Shown piece by piece: positions 16,467 through 24,000 of a DNA stretch of 24,000 nucleotides. The stretch's first letter is position 1. Every line of letters begins with the position of its first letter. The stretch comes from Thermococcus sp. M39 (GTDB taxonomy: Archaea > Methanobacteriota_B > Thermococci > Thermococcales > Thermococcaceae): contig NZ_SNUG01000002.1 in assembly GCF_012027325.1 (NCBI RefSeq), forward strand, positions 117,211-141,210. Reading direction: 5' to 3'. The notes under the pieces are model-generated. The model searched no databases. It was not told where the DNA came from and saw only the letters and a program-made list of their open reading frames with translations. A program made the position numbers and the translations under genes.

Positions 16467-17894
16467 TTAAGCGATTGTGAAAATCTTTATCGTATTTGTC
16501 CCCACTGTCTTTTCTATCGGCTTTCCTGCGGTTAAAAGTACAGTGTCGTTGGTCTTCACAATTCCGAGGTCTTTTATGAGCTGAATAAGCTCCTTTTCAT
16601 TTGTAGTGTCCTCAACACAGAATGGATAAACTCCATAAGAAAACATTAAGCTATTACACACTTTTTCGTCAGCAGCAAAAGCCAAAATCCATTGCTTTGG
16701 CTTAAAGCGTGAAATTAGTCTGGCAGTCTCTCCAGTTCTTGTTGGAGTTAATATATATTTGATGTCAAGAGCCCCAAGGGCTTCAATTATACTCCTCGTT
16801 ATGGCATCTTTTATTGTGCCTTTCTTCGGTATCTTTTCCTTCCATTCAAGCATTCTTGTGTGTCCGAAAGATTCTCTGTATGCTTCAGTGGTCTTCGCAA
16901 TCCTTGCCATCATCCTTACAGCTTCAACGGGATATTTGCCTATCGCTGTTTCTTCAGAGAGCATGACAGCATCAGTCCCATCTAAAATAGCATTTGCAAC
17001 ATCTGTAACTTCAGCCCTCGTTGGTATTTTGTCAGTAGTCATTGACACGAGCATCTGAGTCGCTGTTATAACTGGTTTTCCGACAAGATTTGCCTTGTTT
17101 ATGAGCTTTTTCTGGATTATTGGGAGCTTTTCTATTGGCATCTCAACTCCTAAATCGCCACGTGCTATCATTATTCCATCTGCAGCGTTGAGTATCTCGT
17201 CAAAGTTTCTAACGGCATCTGGTCTTTCAATCTTTGCTATTGTGAATATCTGTTTCCCTTTCTTTTCGGCAAATCTTTTGACTTTCATAACATCATAAGC
17301 TGAGCCAACAAAAGAAATTCCGATGGCATCAACATCATGTTCAAGTGCAAATTCCAAAATTTCTAGATCCCTTTCAGTAATTGCTTCAAGCGGAAGATTA
17401 ACCTTTGGAATATTAATACCCTTTCTTGAGAAAAGTGTGCCCCCAACAATTACCCTACAGATTACCTCATCTCCATGAACATCTTCAACCTTTAAAGTGA
17501 TATATCCATCGCTTAGATATACTATGTCTCCCTTAGAGACCAGCTTTGAAAATGTCTCGCATTCTACTGGAATTGTTGTCTCATCGCCTTCTATATCTTT
17601 AGTTGTTAGCACTACACTCTGTCCTCTCTGTAAAATCACAGCATCATTTTTGAGCTTGCCCACTCTAATTTTTAAGCCTGGTAAGTCTCCAAGAATAGCT
17701 ACCCTAATGTTTAGTCTATCTGAGATCTCCCTTATCGTTTCAATTGTTTTTGCATGTTGCTCAAAGCTTCCATGGGCAAAATTAATTCTCGCAATATTCA
17801 TCCCGGCCCTTATTAGCTTTTCAATCATGCTCTTCGAATTAGAAGCTGGCCCTATTGTTGCAATTATTTTTGTTTTATGTGATGGAAGTCTCAT
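16467..17894 (-). CDS. pyk: Pyruvate kinase
   Basis: TKIIATIGPAS, NFAHGS, IAKIE, MIARGDLGVE and ATQMLVSM motifs. 475 aa. GGGGGTG SD at 17901-17907. Confidence 0.95.
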   Translation of the reverse strand: MRLPSHKTKIIATIGPASNSKSMIEKLIRAGMNIARINFAHGSFEQHAKTIETIREISDRLNIRVAILGDLPGLKIRVGKLKNDAVILQRGQSVVLTTKDIEGDETTIPVECETFSKLVSKGDIVYLSDGYITLKVEDVHGDEVICRVIVGGTLFSRKGINIPKVNLPLEAITERDLEILEFALEHDVDAIGISFVGSAYDVMKVKRFAEKKGKQIFTIAKIERPDAVRNFDEILNAADGIMIARGDLGVEMPIEKLPIIQKKLINKANLVGKPVITATQMLVSMTTDKIPTRAEVTDVANAILDGTDAVMLSEETAIGKYPVEAVRMMARIAKTTEAYRESFGHTRMLEWKEKIPKKGTIKDAITRSIIEALGALDIKYILTPTRTGETARLISRFKPKQWILAFAADEKVCNSLMFSYGVYPFCVEDTTNEKELIQLIKDLGIVKTNDTVLLTAGKPIEKTVGTNTIKIFTIA

Positions 17895-17962
17895 TTTTTA
17901 CACCCCCTATAATCTTGGAAAGCAACTTTTACTGTTATAGCATTTAATATTTTTCATCAGTT

Positions 17963-18004
17963 TATCACATTTATTCGTTTAGATTTTAAACGGCAAGTAT
18001 CACA
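17963..18004 (-). promoter_or_regulatory. pyk upstream region: two direct TGTGATA heptamers flanking a TTTAAAA TATA-like box
   Basis: The plus strand carries TATCACA at 17963-17969 and 17998-18004, with TTTTAAA at 17984-17990. The heptamer equals one half-site of the Thermococcales glycolytic motif TATCAC-N5-GTGATA. Confidence 0.3.
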
Positions 18005-18005
18005 A

Positions 18006-18776
18006 TCAGATTACCTTCGGTAGATTAATTGCTATTAAGTAAAACGCTACAATCACAACAATTAGAGCAAAAACTTGCTTCAACTCTTTGCATGAAAGGG
18101 ATTTAGCGACACGTGTTCCAATAAAATTCCCAACAAATCCCCCAATAACGAAAAGAAGCGTTATAGGAATGTCTATTGGTCTTCCTTGGAGTTCATAACT
18201 AATCAGTCCAGCAAAGCCATTGAGAACAATTATAAATAAAGATGTTCCAACTGCTTTGTGCATTTTGAGACCAGCACCAATGGTTAGAGCGGGAACTATT
18301 AAAAATCCACCACCGACACCAAAAAATCCCGATGCAATACCCACAACAAATCCAAGTACCAGAATACGGCTAAAATCAGTCTTTTCTTTATCTGTATGTA
18401 AGGAGACAACTTTGTTTTCACCCTCTTCCATCATTTTGATACCCATTGCAATCATCAAAAAAGCGAAGAGTACTAAAAGAATCGGACCCTCTACAGCCTT
18501 ATTTAAGTAGCTTCCAATGTAAATTCCAAGAATACTTGGAATTGCCATTACAAAGCCGATTTTAAATAGTACGTTACCTTGTCTCAAATGTAGGAGAAGT
18601 CCAATGATGGCAGTTATTCCAACAGCCACCAGCGAAGTTCCTACTGCAAGATGGGGGTCAAGACCAACAAAGTACACCAGCAGAGGGACTGCGAGAATAG
18701 ACCCGCCACTACCGGTAAGACCCAAGGATAAACCGGATATAAAGCCTGAGATAATTGAGCTTATTATGCTGCCCAC
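18006..18776 (-). CDS. TauE/SafE-family (DUF81) anion exporter membrane protein
   Basis: Polytopic hydrophobic protein with the duplicated G-rich motif (GSGGSILAVPLL / GVGGGFLIVPAL) typical of TauE/SafE. The start codon is GTG. Confidence 0.85.
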   Translation of the reverse strand: MGSIISSIISGFISGLSLGLTGSGGSILAVPLLVYFVGLDPHLAVGTSLVAVGITAIIGLLLHLRQGNVLFKIGFVMAIPSILGIYIGSYLNKAVEGPILLVLFAFLMIAMGIKMMEEGENKVVSLHTDKEKTDFSRILVLGFVVGIASGFFGVGGGFLIVPALTIGAGLKMHKAVGTSLFIIVLNGFAGLISYELQGRPIDIPITLLFVIGGFVGNFIGTRVAKSLSCKELKQVFALIVVIVAFYLIAINLPKVI

Positions 18777-18857
18777 TTTAACTCATCCAGCAATATGTAA
18801 GATGGGAGGGTTTTAATGATTTTTGATGTAAAAATTTCAAAACAATATATTAAAGCA

Positions 18858-19496
18858 CTATGTATAATACCTAATAAGAAGTTCCCCAAGTCTAGATAAT
18901 TTGTAGTATTTGTGCTGGGTTCGTGTTTCCTTCTTGGGTTTTGCCTTTCTATGCTTCCTTTTCAATATTTTCGGCTTACATTCCGCTATTAGGTTCAGTT
19001 TCACAAGATTTCTAAGTATGCTTCGAGTATCCTCAAGATTCACTGAGAATACACGAGATATGGTCGCGGCATGTTCATATCTTGCTTTTTTCAAAAATAA
19101 TAAGAGTTCTAAAGTATTCCTGTATCCAGAGATATTGCTCAGGTATTCACCGAGCAAGTTGTTTGTTTTAATAGTTCGTAACAGGTGCTTTCCTTCTTTA
19201 GTTAGTCTGTAATAAGTGTGATGCTTTCGAACCTCAGCACTCAGTTTGAATCTTGCCTCGGTTCTCTTAATAGCAGCACCATGAGTGCGCTCTATTATTC
19301 CAAGTTTTTCCAGCTCCTCCAAGGATTCTGCAACTTTTTCTATTGGCATCTCTATCATCTTAGCTATTGATTTGGCATAATCTATGTTTGCTTGACGTAA
19401 GTGTGCCAGTATGTATACTTGTAGTGGTGTCAGTGACTTCAGGATGCCCATTAATTTTTCATTACAATCTGTACTCTCTTCTGATGATTTTCCCAA
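18858..19496 (-). CDS. Tandem double winged-helix (PadR-like) protein with extended basic wings
   Basis: Two internal wHTH modules, each ending in a PadR-like wing motif (HHTYYRLTKEGKHLL and QHKYYKLSRLGELLI). TTG start at 19496 with a strong GGAGGGG SD (19504-19510), overlapping the upstream gene by 35 nt. An alternative ATG at 19451 has no SD. Confidence 0.7.
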   Translation of the reverse strand: MGKSSEESTDCNEKLMGILKSLTPLQVYILAHLRQANIDYAKSIAKMIEMPIEKVAESLEELEKLGIIERTHGAAIKRTEARFKLSAEVRKHHTYYRLTKEGKHLLRTIKTNNLLGEYLSNISGYRNTLELLLFLKKARYEHAATISRVFSVNLEDTRSILRNLVKLNLIAECKPKILKRKHRKAKPKKETRTQHKYYKLSRLGELLIRYYT

Positions 19497-19809
19497 TTTG
19501 CTTCCCCTCCTTTGTTAGTTCAAAGTATTGTCCGTGTCTTCTAATTTCTCTCGATTTTGCCCGAATTTTAATATGTGGTTTTATACTTGAAGTAGGAGCA
19601 TGTTTCGGTACTATTTTTCCAGTGATCTTTCTGATAAGCCCTTTTTTACATAGTTCTAAGCAGGCATCCTCTATTTCATGTAAGTTGATGTAGGTCTTTG
19701 TTCCCAAAAGTCTCCTGCTCATTAGCTTGGGAGTGTCTGGTCCAAATATTAAAAGGTGTAAAATAATCTTCTTCTGCAATTCATCTAAATTCTTTATCTC
19801 CTCATCCAT
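19462..19809 (-). CDS. Single winged-helix (PadR-like) protein with extended basic wing; paralog of the modules in 18858..19496
   Basis: 115 aa. An HTH region is followed by KGLIRKITGKIVPKHAPTSSIKPHIKIRAKSREIRRHGQYFELTKEGKQI. The ATG lies 6 nt after the TatD-like stop. Confidence 0.7.
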   Translation of the reverse strand: MDEEIKNLDELQKKIILHLLIFGPDTPKLMSRRLLGTKTYINLHEIEDACLELCKKGLIRKITGKIVPKHAPTSSIKPHIKIRAKSREIRRHGQYFELTKEGKQIGKIIRREYRL

Positions 19810-19815
19810 GTTTAA

Positions 19816-20586
19816 TCACTTGATTTTTAGTGTCTTTTGGGCGTTAAGATATGCTAATTTTTCGACTGCTCTCTTCTCTATTCCACGCATCTTGAGGTAC
19901 TTAACAGTTCTCGGAACGGCTAATGGGTCTGTATCGGTCAAAGATGCACAATCACTATTTAGTAGCCCGTTTTCGTATTTTTCAATGTTCTTGGCGACTC
20001 TCTCTGGTGTTAGCAATGGTGGCTTAATAGAAAGTCCTGGCACTGCTCCTGCATCATTGACGATGTCTATTATGTCATCACTCACGTGGTCTATAACAAC
20101 TCTGCCCGGATCTATTTTGAGCTCACCAACCAACTCGAGGATTTTGTGAACGACTTCAATACGCTTGTCTCCCGGAGGTATGTGCAGTATAGCCGGAACC
20201 TCGTACTCTTTGGCAATCTTGAGCTGCTCTCTCAGAACTTCAACCTCGATATTGCTCGCTGTATGAAGCCCTACTTCTCCTATACCAACAGCCCTACCAC
20301 TGGTTATATACTCCTCAATGACTGGAAGCAATTTCTTCCAATCTTTTGGAATGCTCATGGGGTGTATTCCAACGAATATATGGGCGTTAATGCCCTGTTC
20401 TAATAACCTTGGATAGTGTACACCTTCCAGTTCCTCAAAATGATCCATTAAAGTTTCAGGATAAGTTGCTACAGGCACAAAGCTGCACAGCACAATATCA
20501 CTTACCCCCGCTAAGCTCATGAGTTCCAAATCCTTTTTTGGGAGCATATACGCGTGTGTATGCGCATCTACATACCCTCTCTCCAT
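19816..20586 (-). CDS. TatD-related / amidohydrolase-superfamily metal-dependent hydrolase
   Basis: N-terminal YVDAHTH (HxH metal motif) and IGEVGL, with later His/Asp residues. The track start at 20595 is GTG. The ATG at 20586 follows GGGGTGAT. Confidence 0.75.
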   Translation of the reverse strand: MERGYVDAHTHAYMLPKKDLELMSLAGVSDIVLCSFVPVATYPETLMDHFEELEGVHYPRLLEQGINAHIFVGIHPMSIPKDWKKLLPVIEEYITSGRAVGIGEVGLHTASNIEVEVLREQLKIAKEYEVPAILHIPPGDKRIEVVHKILELVGELKIDPGRVVIDHVSDDIIDIVNDAGAVPGLSIKPPLLTPERVAKNIEKYENGLLNSDCASLTDTDPLAVPRTVKYLKMRGIEKRAVEKLAYLNAQKTLKIK

Positions 20587-20633
20587 ATCTATCACCCCAC
20601 CATTTTTGAAATAAAATAAGTAGAGTGAGGAAA

Positions 20634-21548
20634 TCAGCTCTTCAAAGCTTGGATAACTTTTTCTGCAATCTCAACTCCAGCTCTTTCTTGGGCTTCCCTG
20701 GTGCTTGCTCCGATGTGCGGAGTTAGAACCACATTGTCAAGTTTGGTGAGCGGGTGATCCTTCGGAAGTGGCTCCTCCTCGAAGACATCTAAGGCAGCCC
20801 CATAAATCCAGCCTTCCTGCAAAGCTTTGACTAATGCTCTTTCCTCAACAATTCCACCGCGGGCAGCGTTTATCAGAATTGCAGTTGGCTTCATCAGCTT
20901 AAGCTTCTCCTCGTTTATCAGGTACTTAGTACTCGGCAACAGCGGCACATGCAGAGTAACAACGTCACTTTCTCTAAGTAAGGTCTCTAGATCAACAAAG
21001 GTTCCACTAACTTCTTTGGCCCTTTCCTCGTTGGGATATGGATCGTAAAGCAGAATCCTCATTCCAAAAGCATTGGCAATTTTTGCGACGTTATAACCAA
21101 TCCTGCCAAAACCAATTATCCCAATAGTCTTTCCTTCAAGTTCGAGTCCCAAAGCCTGCTTCTTTGCCCAAACGCCTTCTCTCATTTTTCTGTCGGCGAA
21201 GGCAACTTTTCTGGCAACGGTTAAGAGCAATGCAAAAACAAGTTCAGCAGTACTCCTGCTTGCAGCTGCTGGCGCGTTTAAGACCTGTATTCCTCTCTCC
21301 TTTGCCGCTTCAAGGTCAATGTTGTCCAGACCAACGCCAGCTCTCCCAATAACTTTGAGCTTCGGAGCATTTTCAATGACCTTCCTCGTTACCTTTGGCT
21401 TGCTCCTAACTATAATTGCATCAACGTCCTTAACGAGCTCTAGAAGCTTTTCTTCCCGTGGATACTCCTCATAAACAACCTCTAAGCCAGCATTCTTCAA
21501 AACTTCAAAAGCCTTTTCATGCAGTGGTGCGGCAACCAAAACCTTCAT
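20634..21548 (-). CDS. D-isomer-specific 2-hydroxyacid dehydrogenase (short, ACT-less phosphoglycerate dehydrogenase type)
   Basis: GIIGFGRIG NAD fold and the catalytic R/E/H triad context (NAARGG, DVFEEEP, TPHIGAST). The ATG at 21548 (AGAGGTG SD) gives 304 aa and lies 1 nt after the upstream stop. Confidence 0.88.
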   Translation of the reverse strand: MKVLVAAPLHEKAFEVLKNAGLEVVYEEYPREEKLLELVKDVDAIIVRSKPKVTRKVIENAPKLKVIGRAGVGLDNIDLEAAKERGIQVLNAPAAASRSTAELVFALLLTVARKVAFADRKMREGVWAKKQALGLELEGKTIGIIGFGRIGYNVAKIANAFGMRILLYDPYPNEERAKEVSGTFVDLETLLRESDVVTLHVPLLPSTKYLINEEKLKLMKPTAILINAARGGIVEERALVKALQEGWIYGAALDVFEEEPLPKDHPLTKLDNVVLTPHIGASTREAQERAGVEIAEKVIQALKS

Positions 21549-21549
21549 G

Positions 21550-22476
21550 TTAACACCTCTTGTGTTTGTAAATTGAATTAAGTACAACTTCTTCTTTCGC
21601 CTTAATTAATTTCCAAAACAGTTCGTTGAGTTTAGCATCAGTTCCAGCTTTCGACGCAAACTCGACTATCTTCCCATTAATATAATTAATTTCTGTCCTC
21701 TTTCTACGCTGCAAATCTTGGAGCATTGAATTGTAATTATCTTTGGTCATCTCCGCTGTTCTAATTGTCAATTCTACTGGATCGAATTCAAACTCTATGC
21801 CCAGCTTTTTAGCCACTTCATAGCTTTCCTCAGCGATCTCTATTAATATGTTCTTTGCATAGTCGTTTTCCACTAAAAAGCCGTTCTTGACCCCAAGTAA
21901 AGCACCCAATGGGTTAATCGCAGAGTTAACAATAGCTTTAGCCCATTTGACACCGGTTATGTTTTCACTTACTCTGGTGGGAATCCCAGCATTGGTAAAT
22001 ACCTCTGCAACTTTATGGGCGAATTTGTGTTTTCCTTTTGGATATACGCCAACTATGGTTTCTCCTTTTCCGCTCCATTGCACAGTACCCCAATCTAAGA
22101 GTGTAGCCCCATTTGTTGTAATCCCTCCAAGCACATTTGACGTATACTGCAGTGCTAAGTCTTCATTCCCCAGTCCATTTTGTATGCTTAGTATCCAGGT
22201 TTTATTCCCTATTATATCTCCAACACAGCTTAAAGCATCTTTTGTAGAGTAAGCTTTAGTTGCTAGGATTATTAAATCAGGCTCCTCACCTGGCGGATGC
22301 TCGTAGGCTTTAACATTCACAGTTAAGTTAGTCAACCCTGTAATTTTAAGCCCATTTTGGTTGATAGCTTTAACCTGCTCTTTTCTGCCAATCAACACTA
22401 CATTATATCCTACATTAGCCAGTAATCCTCCAAACAACGATCCTATTGCTCCTGCTCCAATTATATAGATTAGCAT
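21550..22476 (-). CDS. panE: 2-dehydropantoate 2-reductase (ketopantoate reductase, ApbA/PanE family)
   Basis: IIGAGAIGSLFGG Rossmann motif, ATKAY lysine, and the SMLQDLQRRKRTEINYING signature. The track start at 22485 is GTG. The ATG at 22476 follows GGTGGAG. Confidence 0.85.
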   Translation of the reverse strand: MLIYIIGAGAIGSLFGGLLANVGYNVVLIGRKEQVKAINQNGLKITGLTNLTVNVKAYEHPPGEEPDLIILATKAYSTKDALSCVGDIIGNKTWILSIQNGLGNEDLALQYTSNVLGGITTNGATLLDWGTVQWSGKGETIVGVYPKGKHKFAHKVAEVFTNAGIPTRVSENITGVKWAKAIVNSAINPLGALLGVKNGFLVENDYAKNILIEIAEESYEVAKKLGIEFEFDPVELTIRTAEMTKDNYNSMLQDLQRRKRTEINYINGKIVEFASKAGTDAKLNELFWKLIKAKEEVVLNSIYKHKRC

Positions 22477-22487
22477 TTGCTCCACCG

Positions 22488-22928
22488 TTAAGATACAACT
22501 TCCGCTTGAATCTCACAAGTGCCTTTCAGAATGTGTGATATTTTGCAGTATTTTTCTGCTTTTTCAACAATTTCCTCCTTTTCTTCTTTGCTGATGTCCC
22601 CCTTTATGTGCACCTTGACTGTTATCAGCCATTTGGCGTTGCTTTCGCTTGTACGTGCTGCTCTGGAAATTCCGATGTCCAGCTTTAGGTCTTCAATCTT
22701 TAGTTCCTTAAACATGGCCTCAGCAACTATTCTTGAGCCCAAGCATCCACCTAATGCAAGCAAAAGCAGTTCAGTAGGCTTAAAGCCCAGATTTTCTCCA
22801 CCATCTTCCTTTTTCTGGTCTATCGTAACTGAATGTTCTCTAGCATATCCGAGAAACTGAAAGCCTTCTATCCACTTTAAAGAAGCCTCATTTTCATTAA
22901 CGTCTTTCACTTTGAATTTAACTGACAT
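22488..22928 (-). CDS. OsmC/Ohr-family peroxiredoxin-like protein
   Basis: Two conserved Cys contexts (LALGGCLG and KYCKISH) at OsmC-like spacing. The ATG at 22928 follows GGGTGAT, which overlaps the upstream stop. Confidence 0.8.
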   Translation of the reverse strand: MSVKFKVKDVNENEASLKWIEGFQFLGYAREHSVTIDQKKEDGGENLGFKPTELLLLALGGCLGSRIVAEAMFKELKIEDLKLDIGISRAARTSESNAKWLITVKVHIKGDISKEEKEEIVEKAEKYCKISHILKGTCEIQAEVVS

Positions 22929-22933
22929 TCTAA

Positions 22934-23920
22934 TCACCCAATCTTTATCATAACTTTAATGGCATCCTGACTCTGCGCAATCTCGAAGGCAGTTTTGATA
23001 TCATCAAATTTGAATTCGTGGGTGATGTACGGTGCCAATTTTATTTTTCTCTCTTCTAAGGCTTCTATTACTTTACCAAAAAGGTTCGGATACAGCCAGA
23101 CCCCCCGCATCTCCAGGTCTTTCTTCACTATGCTCGCCAGATTCACACTGCCAGGCCTGCCAAAAGCGCCTGCAATTGCTATCCTGCCGCCTTTTTTGGC
23201 TATTTCAACTGCAGTGTTAACAGCTAATGGATTTCCAGAAGCTTCAATTACAACATCCATGGCATTGGGGTATGCCTTCACGGCTTCTTCGGGGGTAACA
23301 GCATCTACCCAGAAAACCTTTTCAGCGAACTCTCTCCTCTTCTCTAGGGGCTCAACCAGCACAACGTCACATCCGCCTGCCACAGCAAACTGGAGGGCAG
23401 AGAGTCCTATAGCTCCGCCGCCAAGTATGGCAACTTTATCGCCAAAGGACACTTTAGCCCTCTTAATGGCATACAACGCAACAGCCGCTGGAGTAACAAG
23501 GGCAGCCTCTCTAATGTCCACGTTTTTTGGTATTTTGTGCAAGGTGTATTCAGGCACTACAATTTCCTGGACAAATCCACCATCTGCATTAACTCCCAAG
23601 ACCTTAAGGTTTTCACAGAGGGTATATTTTCCAGAGCGGCAGTATTCGCATCTGCCGCATCTAAGAACTGGTTCTACTACAACATATTCTCCTTTTGAGA
23701 AGCCATCTACTTTTTCTCCCACCTCTCTTATCTCTCCCACAAATTCCTGTCCCAGCACTATTGGAAGTTTTGCGGATAGTGTACCGTTATAAATTCTCAA
23801 ATCAGTCCCAGCGATGCCAGCGTATAGCACTTTTACCAGGACTTCATCTGGCTCAAGAGGTTTTGTTTTTCTTTCTTCAAATTCTATATTCTTAGGGGAG
23901 GTTAATACTGCAGCTCTCAT
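22934..23920 (-). CDS. MDR-superfamily (zinc-ADH/threonine-dehydrogenase-like) oxidoreductase with a degenerate catalytic-zinc site
   Basis: GroES-like plus Rossmann (ILGGGAIG) architecture. Structural-Zn lobe C88-x2-C91-x2-C94-x7-C102. The expected catalytic ligands read A37 (IAGTD for CGTD), Q58 (GQE for GHE) and T143 (TP for EP). Confidence 0.85.
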   Translation of the reverse strand: MRAAVLTSPKNIEFEERKTKPLEPDEVLVKVLYAGIAGTDLRIYNGTLSAKLPIVLGQEFVGEIREVGEKVDGFSKGEYVVVEPVLRCGRCEYCRSGKYTLCENLKVLGVNADGGFVQEIVVPEYTLHKIPKNVDIREAALVTPAAVALYAIKRAKVSFGDKVAILGGGAIGLSALQFAVAGGCDVVLVEPLEKRREFAEKVFWVDAVTPEEAVKAYPNAMDVVIEASGNPLAVNTAVEIAKKGGRIAIAGAFGRPGSVNLASIVKKDLEMRGVWLYPNLFGKVIEALEERKIKLAPYITHEFKFDDIKTAFEIAQSQDAIKVMIKIG

Positions 23921-23926
23921 AACACA

Positions 23927-24000
23927 TCACCTCAAGCTTTTCACAACTTCTTCTAAAACACCTAACATGTATTCAACTTCTTCAACTGTGTTATAACAAT
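23927..24000 (-). CDS. C-terminal fragment of an upstream gene (tail resembles PLP-dependent class-V aminotransferase-type C-termini)
   Basis: Hand translation gives ...CYNTVEEVEYMLGVLEEVVKSLR* with TGA at 23929-23927, 6 nt before the next ATG. It contains the GAGGTGA SD for the downstream gene. The functional guess rests on only 24 residues. Confidence 0.4.
   Translation of the reverse strand, partial: CYNTVEEVEYMLGVLEEVVKSLR

Noticed and set aside
17963-18004. Full Thermococcales glycolytic motif (TATCAC-N5-GTGATA) upstream of pyk
   Set aside because: Only half-sites are present, and the partner arms do not match. It is kept as a low-interest finding about half-sites, not as a TGM call.
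22995-23792. 265-aa plus-strand ORF, the longest unexplained ORF in the track
   Set aside because: It is entirely antisense to the MDR dehydrogenase gene. Its S/T/P/A-rich, low-complexity composition is typical of the reverse frame of a real gene. It has no SD or promoter, whereas the minus-strand product has clear family motifs.
1-24000. Scan for tRNA/rRNA genes, CRISPR repeats, IS elements or terminal inverted repeats, integrase genes and long direct repeats
   Set aside because: Reading both strands turned up no T-arm (GGTTCRAATCC-like) signature, no regularly spaced repeats, and no transposase, integrase or Cas-like ORFs. Coding density leaves no room for them.

Overview
This is a gene-dense (about 90% coding), roughly 40% GC chromosomal segment from a hyperthermophilic euryarchaeon of the order Thermococcales (Thermococcus/Pyrococcus-like). 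The assignment rests on reverse gyrase, the TrmBL2 chromatin protein, a fused HPS-PHI ribulose-monophosphate enzyme, an ADP-forming acetyl-CoA synthetase beta subunit, GGTGA/GGAGG Shine-Dalgarno motifs, TTTAWA TATA boxes about 32-38 nt upstream of start codons, and oligo-T terminators. From memory, the order rgy - trmBL2 - ... - hps-phi matches T. kodakarensis TK0470-TK0475. I support 29 CDS, two of them partial at the window edges and one a 59-aa ORF that falls below the ORF-track cutoff. I found no tRNA, rRNA, CRISPR array, IS element or intein. Housekeeping genes are aspS, a KH RNA-binding protein, hps-phi, trmBL2, rgy, ACS beta, pyk and a TauE exporter. Many track ORFs begin at GTG/TTG extensions, and I moved those starts to internal ATGs that carry good SD motifs. 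The items most worth follow-up are: (1) A 260-aa truncated FtsZ/tubulin homolog (4796-5578). It has lost the T3/T4 GTP-binding loops but keeps the T7 loop, and it sits inside a tightly coupled six-gene string: hps-phi, FtsZ-like, HAD, 59-aa ORF, DUF4392-like, HD. (2) Two adjacent paralogous winged-helix proteins (18858-19809) that together carry three copies of a PadR-like module with a long basic insertion in the wing. They lie at the tail of a string of at least 8 co-directional oxidoreductase/hydrolase genes. (3) An MDR dehydrogenase that keeps its structural-zinc cysteines but has lost all three catalytic-zinc ligands. (4) A minimal 242-aa arginase-fold protein translationally coupled to a UPF0148 zinc ribbon and a 70-aa wHTH. 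All family calls come from motif recognition by eye and from memory. No database search was run.
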